Of a stretch of 64,000 bases of DNA, positions 56,422 to 63,614 are shown one piece after another. The stretch comes from an uncultured Bacilli bacterium (GTDB taxonomy: Bacteria > Bacillota_I > Bacilli_A > RF39 > UBA660): positions 3,282-67,281 of the forward strand of contig CAKOLW010000003.1 in the NCBI GenBank assembly GCA_934096405.1, given 5' to 3'. Both the position numbers and the translations under genes were made by a program. The notes beneath the pieces were generated by a model that had not been told where the DNA came from, did not search any database, and was given only the letters and a program-made list of their open reading frames with translations. Each line of letters opens with the position of its first letter. The stretch's first letter is position 1.

Positions 56422-57645
56422 TTAGTCTTCAATTGGAAGAACAATTTTACAAATAGTTCCTTTTTTTAATACAGAAGAATAACTTAAATTTCCTTTATGT
56501 GCTTTTATTATTTCATTACTTAAACTTACTCCAAGACCTGTACCATAGTCTTTAGTAGTTACAAATGGTGTAGTAATTTTGTCTAATGTTTCTTTTGCCA
56601 TTCCTTCTCCGTTATCTATAACACTTATTACTAATAAATCCCCATCTTTAAAAATAGTAGTTCTAACTATACCTTCATCACTTTCACATGCTTCAATAGC
56701 ATTTTTAATTATATTTAAAATAACTTGTTTCATTCTAATAGCGTCTATATTAACTATAATATTAGACTCTATTTTAAAATAATACTCAATTCTTTTAGCA
56801 TTAAATAATGGTATTAAAATATCTTTAATTTCATCCATTAAGGCATTAAAATTTGTTTCTTGTTTATTAATCTTTATTTTAGAAAACTCTAAAAAATCAT
56901 TTAATAAATTAAGGGTTCTAACTAATTCATTATTTATAATAGATAAATATCTTTCACTTTTACTTTTATCATTTATATCAAACATATCTAAATAACCTTT
57001 TATAACTGCTAGGGGATTCTTTATTTCATGCGTTATTTTAAATATAGATAATCTTAAATCTTTTTCTTTTTCAAAATTCTTTAAGTTTGTATGTAAACTA
57101 ATTACATTATTTGCTTCTTCTATACCTAAGTTTATTACTATTATAGATATTGCATATATAATTAGTGAACACACTGTAGAAACTAATATTTCGTAACTAT
57201 AATTATGAAAGAAATTTAATGCCATTGTTATAGCTAATAGAAGAGTAGATATAATAGTAAAAAATAATTTACTTTTATTTCTTCTACTATAATACTCATA
57301 AAATAAATATAAAATTATAAAGAATGGAATTATTATATACCATTTAAAATTTAGAATACATATAGAATATATTGAAATTATGATACTCATAAATAGTGCA
57401 TTCTTTTTACTATTATGTATGTAAGCTATTATAATAGGAATAATAATTGAAACAAATTGATATTCTGAATAAGTATAATTCTTATATAAAATAGCCAAGT
57501 AAAAAGATAAATATAAAAATATATTAAATAGTATATTTACTTTTTCTTTTTTCATATTTTGCATGGATACAGTAAAATATTCAAATATAAGTATTGGGAA
57601 TATAATTAATACGACATTTATTAATAAACTTACTATGTTATTCAT
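56422..57645 (-). CDS. Orphan sensor histidine kinase (multi-TM sensor, HisKA plus HATPase_c)
   Basis: H-box ITHEIKNPLAVIKGYLDM, N/G boxes (NIIKNAIEA, DNGEGM, GTGLGVS) and about 6 N-terminal TM helices. No adjacent response regulator. The ATG at 57645 follows GAGGTG. Confidence 0.85.
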   Translation of the reverse strand: MNNIVSLLINVVLIIFPILIFEYFTVSMQNMKKEKVNILFNIFLYLSFYLAILYKNYTYSEYQFVSIIIPIIIAYIHNSKKNALFMSIIISIYSICILNFKWYIIIPFFIILYLFYEYYSRRNKSKLFFTIISTLLLAITMALNFFHNYSYEILVSTVCSLIIYAISIIVINLGIEEANNVISLHTNLKNFEKEKDLRLSIFKITHEIKNPLAVIKGYLDMFDINDKSKSERYLSIINNELVRTLNLLNDFLEFSKIKINKQETNFNALMDEIKDILIPLFNAKRIEYYFKIESNIIVNIDAIRMKQVILNIIKNAIEACESDEGIVRTTIFKDGDLLVISVIDNGEGMAKETLDKITTPFVTTKDYGTGLGVSLSNEIIKAHKGNLSYSSVLKKGTICKIVLPIED

Positions 57646-57680
57646 TTCACACCTCACAAATATATATTACCATATTTAAT

Positions 57681-57707
57681 TGTCAAAATTTGTCGAATTA
57701 TGTCGAA
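57681..57707 (+). promoter_or_regulatory. Three Spo0A-box-like heptamers at exact 10-bp spacing upstream of the kinase gene
   Basis: TGTCAAA (57681), TGTCGAA (57691) and TGTCGAA (57701). The 0A-box consensus is TGTCGAA/TGNCGAA. Confidence 0.5.
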
Positions 57708-57726
57708 AAAAGAAAAAAATTAGCGA

Positions 57727-58044
57727 TTATTTTAAATCACTAATATATTTCTTAATATTTTTTGAATTAGAATCAAGAATAATCTTTAATTCATCATCAA
57801 CTTCAACTATACCTTTAGCCCCTAATTTTTGAATAGCGTCTTTATCAACTATACTAGTATCTTTTACTCTTACTTTAAGTCTAGACATATGATAATTAGC
57901 ACTTATTATGTTTTCTTTTCCACCTAAATATTGTATTAGTTTATTAATTTCAATTTTAAAGTCTTTCTTATTAATTTTAATAATAATAAAGCTTATTATT
58001 ATTAATATTCCTAATATAATTAGATATTCATAACTTAATTCCAT
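57727..58044 (-). CDS. Membrane-anchored PTS EIIB(Glc)-like domain protein lacking the phospho-Cys
   Basis: LIQYLGGKENIISANYHMSRLKVRVKDTSIVDKDAIQKLGAKGIV aligns with EIIB [24 protein letters not shown]...LKKLGAAGVV. The Cys position is occupied by His/Met. Confidence 0.65.
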   Translation of the reverse strand: MELSYEYLIILGILIIISFIIIKINKKDFKIEINKLIQYLGGKENIISANYHMSRLKVRVKDTSIVDKDAIQKLGAKGIVEVDDELKIILDSNSKNIKKYISDLK

Positions 58045-58110
58045 TTTTATTCACCTACTAGAATTATACTATAAAAAAATAAAAAAATAAATATAATATT
58101 TATAATGTAC

Positions 58111-58137
58111 ACAAATTAAATTAAATGACATAAATTA
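58111..58137 (+). promoter_or_regulatory. Possible sigma-K-type promoter of the coat-protein gene
   Basis: AC (58111..58112), 16 nt spacer, CATAAATTA (58129..58137). The consensus is AC-16/17-CATANNNTA. Confidence 0.3.
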
Positions 58138-58166
58138 TTAGTGAATAATAAAGAAGGGGTGGATTT

Positions 58167-58640
58167 ATGAATAATAATTTAGGTTCATGTGGATGTAGAA
58201 ATTCAAATAATGATGATTGTCAAAATAATTGCATACAAGAAATACTACAAGTAATTAATGTTCTTCAAAATAATGCTTGTCCAGATAATTGTTTAAATTC
58301 TTGTGATAGACCTGCATTAGGTGGAGGCGGAAATTGTGTAGTATGTAATACTAGACCAATAATGCTTTATACTTGTTGTGGAAATGGAACACCTTGGAGT
58401 ATGCCAACAACTAGAACTACAACTGATTGTAATAGTGAAGATGCTACAGGATGCTCAAGTGTATTCAGAGTAGAAAAATGTGATGGATGTTGTTGTACAT
58501 TTAGAGTATTAGCTGCTAATACTGATTCTAGTAGTCCTTATCCATATGTTGCTACTGATTCAATATTTACTATGAATGTTAATTGCATATGCTCATTAAG
58601 ATGTTTAAATGATACTTATGTAGAATGTATATGTGGTTAA
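58167..58640 (+). CDS. Cysteine-rich spore coat/exosporium protein, CotZ/CotY family-like
   Basis: About 26 Cys in 157 aa. The segments IQEILQVINVLQNNACPDNC, NTRPIMLY, SVFRVEKCDGCCCTFRVLA and NCICSLRCLND parallel, from memory, B. subtilis CotZ (EDLQNAVEEDCPTGC, FFRVERVHGSCATLSLL, CFCAINCLN). Confidence 0.6.
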   Translation: MNNNLGSCGCRNSNNDDCQNNCIQEILQVINVLQNNACPDNCLNSCDRPALGGGGNCVVCNTRPIMLYTCCGNGTPWSMPTTRTTTDCNSEDATGCSSVFRVEKCDGCCCTFRVLAANTDSSSPYPYVATDSIFTMNVNCICSLRCLNDTYVECICG

Positions 58641-58644
58641 TTAA

Positions 58645-58676
58645 AGACTACCATTAATTTGGTAGTTTTTATTTTG
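58645..58676 (+). terminator. Intrinsic terminator
   Basis: ACTACCA-ttaatt-TGGTAGT followed by TTTTATTTT. Confidence 0.75.
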
Positions 58677-58723
58677 TTATTTTTTGATACAAAATACTTG
58701 AACTCAATAAGATATTTTGGTAG

Positions 58724-58908
58724 AATTAAAGAGTAAAAAGTAGAAGGAGCACAAAACTATGGGGCAAATAGATTTCTTTCATAATAAAACAATAGTTTGT
58801 TATGGGGGGGTCAGTATTATTAACTAACTCCCATAGTTTTTTCGTTATATTAAATTCATGGGCACCAGTCTATGAGTTTTTTAGTGCTCTAAAAATGGAG
58901 GAAAGACA
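58724..58908 (+). promoter_or_regulatory. Conserved 5' leader L2 of paralog P8: short ORF, G7 tract and two terminator-like hairpins
   Basis: TGGTAGAAT extended -10 at 58718..58726. It has the same conserved box as L1. A 22-codon ORF lies at 58759..58827 (MGQIDFFHNKTIVCYGGVSIIN). G7 is at 58804..58810. Hairpin 1 is TATGGGGG...CTCCCATA plus GTTTTTT (to 58842). Hairpin 2 is TCATGG-gcaccagt-CTATGA plus T6 (58856..58882). Confidence 0.6.
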
Positions 58909-60570
58909 ATGAAAGAAAAGAAGTATTTAATTTATGGAATATGTTTATCACTATTAATAGTTATAGGAGTAACACTAGCATACTTTATAACAGAGATAGA
59001 AGGAGATAAAAAAGATGTTACATTAAATACAGGAGATTTAAGAGTAATATTTAATAATGGAGAGAAAATAGAAGGAATAGATATAGAACCAGGATGGAGT
59101 ATAACAAAAACATTTAGTATAGAAAATAAATCTAAGACAGAATATAAATACAATATAGTAATACAAGATTTAGTAAATACATTTGTATCAGATAACTTAG
59201 TATATAAAATAACAAGTACAAATAATGGACACAATATGGCAGATTATGAAGTATTACCAAAATCAGAAACAACAGAAGATACAATACTAACATATAGTAC
59301 AACAATATCAGGGAAAACGACACAAGAATATACAATAGAAGTAAAGTTTAAAGAAGAAGATAGAAACCAATATGAAGATATGGGTAAAACTATAACAGGT
59401 AAGATTTATATTACTAAAGGCACAAAAAATTCAACTTTTTTAACTCAGGCAATACTAAGAGATAACCCAACAATAAGTGAAAGAACAGATTTTATAAATG
59501 TTAATATTGAAAACACAACAGGAACAATATATAAAACAAATAAAACAGAAGATGGTAGTTATGTATACTATTATTCTGGAAATACAACAAATAATTGGAT
59601 TAAATTTGGCAAGTATGAAACAGACAGGTTTATGTCAACTAATTGTTATAATTCTTTTCGTTGTGAGGGCAATAGTCTTAATGAATGCTATGCTGCTGGT
59701 GGTATAGCTTGTTACTCTGCTTGGAATATAGGCGATGACATATATTGGAGAATAATTCGTACTAATGAAGACGAAAGCATAAGACTTTTATATTTTGGTA
59801 CTAAAATGAATGTAAACAATAGAAGTGTTATATCTACTTCTGAATATAATATAAATAATAGTGATCCTATGTATGTAGGCTATATGTATGGAACAAGTGG
59901 TTCATTAGAAAATAATAGAACAAATAGAAATGATAGTACAGTAAAAACATATATTGATACATGGTATCAAAATAATCTATTAACAAATTATGATAAATAT
60001 ATAAACAAAACTGCAATATATTGTAATGATAGAAGTGTTCCAAATAATAAATATTCCACATCTAGTAAATTTATATATGCATCTGCTCAAAGAATAGGCA
60101 CGGGAGCACCATCATATAAATGTGGTGTAGATACAAACAATGAATTAATTGAAAGCACACAGGCTGTTGCAGATAAATTTAGTGCAAGTACAGAAGGCGG
60201 AGGAAATGGACAATTAAAATATCCAATTGCTTTAATGACGGGAGACGAAATGGCATTTGCAGGTGGCTACAATGGTAGCGAAAAATCAGATGACCCGTAC
60301 CCATGGCATATATCTAACAGAGATGGAAAATGGAGATATCACCCTTTTTATTCATTATCGCCTGGAACTAATAGTCAACTAGTATTCATGGGTGCAAATT
60401 TACCACCAGCATCCATTGAATTTGATGCTGACATCGGCAGCTTTAATTCTATTAGTGGTGAAGAATTTGGAGTTGTTCCGGTCATTTCCCTATCTTCTTG
60501 TGTCAAAGTAACAGGAACAGGAACTGCTGATGATCCATATGTTGTTGATGAAGAAGGGTCTACATGTTAA
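58909..60570 (+). CDS. Paralog P8: TasA/SipW-type signal plus N-terminal domain plus conserved core with a Cys-rich insert
   Basis: Signal VIGVTLAYFITEIEG. The N-terminal domain is about 75% identical to that of P3. The core has TGTIYKTNKTEDGSYVYYYSGNTTNNWIKFG, YWRIIRTNEDESIRLLY, YVGYMYGTSGSLENNRTN, AIYCNDRS, KFSASTEGGGNGQLKYPIALMTGDE, VVPVISLSSC and DPYVVDEEGSTC. Confidence 0.85.
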   Translation: MKEKKYLIYGICLSLLIVIGVTLAYFITEIEGDKKDVTLNTGDLRVIFNNGEKIEGIDIEPGWSITKTFSIENKSKTEYKYNIVIQDLVNTFVSDNLVYKITSTNNGHNMADYEVLPKSETTEDTILTYSTTISGKTTQEYTIEVKFKEEDRNQYEDMGKTITGKIYITKGTKNSTFLTQAILRDNPTISERTDFINVNIENTTGTIYKTNKTEDGSYVYYYSGNTTNNWIKFGKYETDRFMSTNCYNSFRCEGNSLNECYAAGGIACYSAWNIGDDIYWRIIRTNEDESIRLLYFGTKMNVNNRSVISTSEYNINNSDPMYVGYMYGTSGSLENNRTNRNDSTVKTYIDTWYQNNLLTNYDKYINKTAIYCNDRSVPNNKYSTSSKFIYASAQRIGTGAPSYKCGVDTNNELIESTQAVADKFSASTEGGGNGQLKYPIALMTGDEMAFAGGYNGSEKSDDPYPWHISNRDGKWRYHPFYSLSPGTNSQLVFMGANLPPASIEFDADIGSFNSISGEEFGVVPVISLSSCVKVTGTGTADDPYVVDEEGSTC

Positions 60571-60708
60571 AATAAAAACTCTAATATGAGTCATATAACT
60601 TTACAATAGTTAGTAAAATTATATGATAAGTATTGACAAAGAGTTTTTTTTCTTTTATTTTAGTTAGTGAGAGAACTAAAGCATTAAATTAAATGAAGGA
60701 GAATATAT

Positions 60709-62724
60709 ATGAAAAATTTAGTAATAGTAGAAAGCCCTAGTAAGAGCAAGACTATTGAAAAATATTTAGGAAAAGATTATAAAGTTACTTCTAGTAAGGG
60801 ACATATTAGAGATTTGACTACAACTGGTAAATATGGATTAGGAATAGATTTGGAAAATCATTATAAACCTAGTTATAAAGTTATTACTGGAAAAAGTAAA
60901 TTAGTAAAAGAACTAAAAAAAGAAATAAGTAATAGTGATTATGTTATACTAGCAACCGACCCTGACCGTGAGGGAGAAGCAATAAGTTGGCATTTAAAGG
61001 ATACTTTAGGTATTGATAAAAACTATGGTAGAGTAGTGTTTAATGAAATAACAGAAAATGCTATTAAAGAGGCGTTTAAAGAACCAAGAGATATCGATAT
61101 GGATTTAGTACACAGTCAAGAAGCAAGAAGAATATTAGATAGGATTATTGGATTCAGATTAAGTAAACTTATGCAAAATAAGACTGAAGGAAAAAGTGCT
61201 GGGCGTGTTCAAAGTGTTGCTTTAAAATTAATTGTAGATAGAGAAAGAGAAATTGAGGCTTTTAATAGTGAAGAGTATTTTACTATAGAAGCAGAATTTA
61301 ATGATTTTGAAGCAAGTTTATCTAAATATAAAGATAAAAAGATTGAGATTAAATCAAATGTTGAAGCAGATAATATATTAAATTCTTTATCTAATGCATT
61401 TACAATAGAAAGTGTAGAAAGTAAAGAAAAATCTAAGAAAAGTAAACCTGTATTTACTACAAGTACTTTAACACAAATGGCAAGTATTAAATTAGGCTTT
61501 AGTGCATCTAAAACTATGAGATTAGCGCAAGGATTATATGAAGGTAAAAATGTTGGTAATGAAACTGTCGGTTTAATTTCATATATGAGAACTGATAGTA
61601 CAAGATTAAGTGATGTGTTTGTAAGTGATGCTAAGAAATTTATTACTAATAATTATGGTAAACAATATGTAGGAAATGTAAAAGTTACTAAAAATAAAGA
61701 AAATGTACAAGATGCTCATGAAGGTATAAGACCTACTAGTTTAAATAGAACACCAGAAAGTATGAAGCTTCATTTAACTAGTGATGAATACAAATTATAT
61801 AATTTAATTTATATAAGAGCATTATCTAGTTTAATGGCAGATGCTAAAGTACTTGCGACTACAGTTACATTAGATAATAATGATTATAAATTCACAGCTA
61901 GTGGGCAAGTTGGAGTATTTGATGGATATTTAAAGATTTATAAAGAGTTTGAAAAATCAGAAGATAAAGTATTACCTGACTTTAGTTCTTATAAATCAAA
62001 TATATTAGTAAGTAAAGATATTCATAAAACAAGTCACTTTACTGAACCACCTGCTAGATTTACAGAAGATAAATTAATTAAAGAATTAGAAAGTTTAGGA
62101 ATAGGTAGACCTAGTACTTATGTTAAAATAATTGAAGTATTAAAAGAAAGAAAGTATATAAGTGTTGTTGATAAGAAGTTTGAACCTACTACAGTTGGTA
62201 TTCAAGTTACTGATAAACTACAAGAGTTCTTTTCAAGTATTATAAATGTTAAATATACTAGTGATATGGAAACTGATTTAGACTATGTTGCCGAAGGTAA
62301 AATGGTTTGGTATGATTTAATAGATAAATTTTATAAGGATTTTGAACCACTTTTAGAAACTGCTTTTAAAAAAATGGAAAAGGAAGTCCCAGAAGAGACT
62401 GGAGAAATATGTCCAGAGTGTGGTAAACCACTTGTTTATAGGTATGGAAAGTATGGTAAATTTGTGGCATGTTCTGGTTATCCTGAATGTAAGTATGTAC
62501 CTAAAGTAGAAAAAGAAGTAAGTGTTGTTTGTAAGTGTCCTTTATGTGATGGAGATATAGTTGTTAAAAAGACTAAAAGAGGTAAAGATTTTTATGGATG
62601 TAGTAATTATCCAAAATGTAAAAACGCCTTTTGGGATAAACCTACTGGAGAAATATGTCCAGAGTGTGGAAACTTACTTGTAGAAAAGAAAGGCGAAAAG
62701 TTCTGTCCTAATTGTAAAAAATAA
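60709..62724 (+). CDS. topA: DNA topoisomerase I
   Basis: TOPRIM domain (LVIVESPSKSKTIEKYLG, ATDPDREGEAISWH), active-site region SYMRTDS and three C-terminal Zn-ribbons (CPECGKPL..., CPLCDG..., CPECGNLL...). Confidence 0.97.
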   Translation: MKNLVIVESPSKSKTIEKYLGKDYKVTSSKGHIRDLTTTGKYGLGIDLENHYKPSYKVITGKSKLVKELKKEISNSDYVILATDPDREGEAISWHLKDTLGIDKNYGRVVFNEITENAIKEAFKEPRDIDMDLVHSQEARRILDRIIGFRLSKLMQNKTEGKSAGRVQSVALKLIVDREREIEAFNSEEYFTIEAEFNDFEASLSKYKDKKIEIKSNVEADNILNSLSNAFTIESVESKEKSKKSKPVFTTSTLTQMASIKLGFSASKTMRLAQGLYEGKNVGNETVGLISYMRTDSTRLSDVFVSDAKKFITNNYGKQYVGNVKVTKNKENVQDAHEGIRPTSLNRTPESMKLHLTSDEYKLYNLIYIRALSSLMADAKVLATTVTLDNNDYKFTASGQVGVFDGYLKIYKEFEKSEDKVLPDFSSYKSNILVSKDIHKTSHFTEPPARFTEDKLIKELESLGIGRPSTYVKIIEVLKERKYISVVDKKFEPTTVGIQVTDKLQEFFSSIINVKYTSDMETDLDYVAEGKMVWYDLIDKFYKDFEPLLETAFKKMEKEVPEETGEICPECGKPLVYRYGKYGKFVACSGYPECKYVPKVEKEVSVVCKCPLCDGDIVVKKTKRGKDFYGCSNYPKCKNAFWDKPTGEICPECGNLLVEKKGEKFCPNCKK

Positions 62725-62761
62725 ATTTATGTGATAGAATTAACCTAAGGGAGGTAAAGTT

Positions 62762-63220
62762 ATGTTAAATAAAAATGGATGGGGTATTGTAGAAGCTTTA
62801 GTATTTATATTAATATTTGCAGTTTGTTTATTATTTAGTTTTTGGGGATTAAGAAGATTTGGATTAGTTGACGAAAATTGGCAATTTTATCCTTCAAATA
62901 TAACTAAAAATGATGATAAAAAAGATAATAAAACTGATGTAAAAAAATTTAGTTATACAGATTTAGAAGAAAAGATGGTTGAAAGTACTAAAAATTATAT
63001 TAAAGATTTTTATAATAATGAACTTGGATTAGATACTTTAAATATAAGAGTAAGTCAGTTAGAAGATAATGGCTATTTAGGTGATCTAAAAGATGATAAG
63101 AATAGAGATTGTTCTGGTTATGTTGCTGTTTATGTAGAAAATGAAGAAACAATTTATAAACCTTATTTAAAATGCAAAAAATATGAAACTAAAGGTTATG
63201 AAGAAAGAAAAGATGATTAA
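62762..63220 (+). CDS. Pseudopilin-like protein (degenerate prepilin leader)
   Basis: In MLNKNGWGIVEALVFILIFAVCLL, a Gly is followed by a hydrophobic segment with Glu at +5. The C-terminus has the Cys pair CSGYVAVYV...YLKC. Confidence 0.5.
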   Translation: MLNKNGWGIVEALVFILIFAVCLLFSFWGLRRFGLVDENWQFYPSNITKNDDKKDNKTDVKKFSYTDLEEKMVESTKNYIKDFYNNELGLDTLNIRVSQLEDNGYLGDLKDDKNRDCSGYVAVYVENEETIYKPYLKCKKYETKGYEERKDD

Positions 63221-63543
63221 TGAATAAGAGAATATTTATAGTATGGGGCTTATTAATTGCTTTATTAGTTTTAGGTATTGGATATATAGGTATTACTAAG
63301 AAAGAGGAAATAAAATATATTTCTTTAAAGAATGAAGTTAAAAAGGCTACTAAGGAATATATAAATGATAATAATATAAAGGTATATCCTTTTAAAATAA
63401 CTACGGAGGAATTAGAAGAAAAAGATTATTTAAAAGAATTAAAAATTAATAATAAGGTATGTGCTGGTGATATTGTAGTTAATAAAAAATTTATATTTTA
63501 TAGTTATGATATAAAGTTTACTTGTGTTAATGTAGAAAAATAA
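63220..63543 (+). CDS. Small membrane-anchored protein, possibly a minor pseudopilin
   Basis: N-terminal TM segment IFIVWGLLIALLVLGIGYIG and a C-terminal Cys pair (VCAGDIVV...KFTC). The start overlaps the previous stop. Confidence 0.4.
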   Translation: MNKRIFIVWGLLIALLVLGIGYIGITKKEEIKYISLKNEVKKATKEYINDNNIKVYPFKITTEELEEKDYLKELKINNKVCAGDIVVNKKFIFYSYDIKFTCVNVEK

Positions 63544-63614
63544 TATTTTTTCTACATTTTATTGTTTTAAAGCCAGTTTTATGGTATATTTTAATTATCA
63601 TATGGAGGCTTGTT

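Noticed and set aside
4741-57657. Longest-ORF starts given by the track for nusA (4741), uvrC (8983), holA (12953), infC (32407), ORF 34603, ileS (39680), CPBP (53754) and the kinase (57657)
   Set aside because: In each case the upstream GTG/TTG/ATG overlaps the SD or a promoter hexamer. A downstream start with proper SD spacing matches the conserved protein N-terminus.
57658-57686. Sigma-A promoter for the kinase using TTGACA (reverse of 57681..57686) and TATATT
   Set aside because: The implied transcription start would fall inside or after the SD of the kinase gene (GAGGTG at 57655..57650). The hexamers are therefore probably not the functional promoter. Only the 0A-box-like repeats are reported.
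2406-59707. Same-strand out-of-frame ORFs inside family members (2406..2630, 4102..4290, 46445..46627, 59498..59707)
   Set aside because: They are nested in alternative frames of strongly conserved paralog cores. They have no independent translation signals.
887-60061. Short antisense track ORFs inside well-supported genes: 887..1075, 2167..2373, 3553..3753, 3766..3963, 10551..10781, 14630..14926, 17235..17522, 20687..20959, 21241..21459, 21804..22028, 22113..22295, 31956..32204, 32769..32975, 38057..38260, 39986..40210, 45618..45854, 49514..49768, 54702..54884, 56579..56782, 58932..59234, 59132..59335, 59867..60061
   Set aside because: They lie opposite genes with clear homology or family support. 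They have no SD, and their products are low-complexity Ile/Leu/Phe/Ser-rich sequences of the kind expected from the complement of AT-rich coding sequence.
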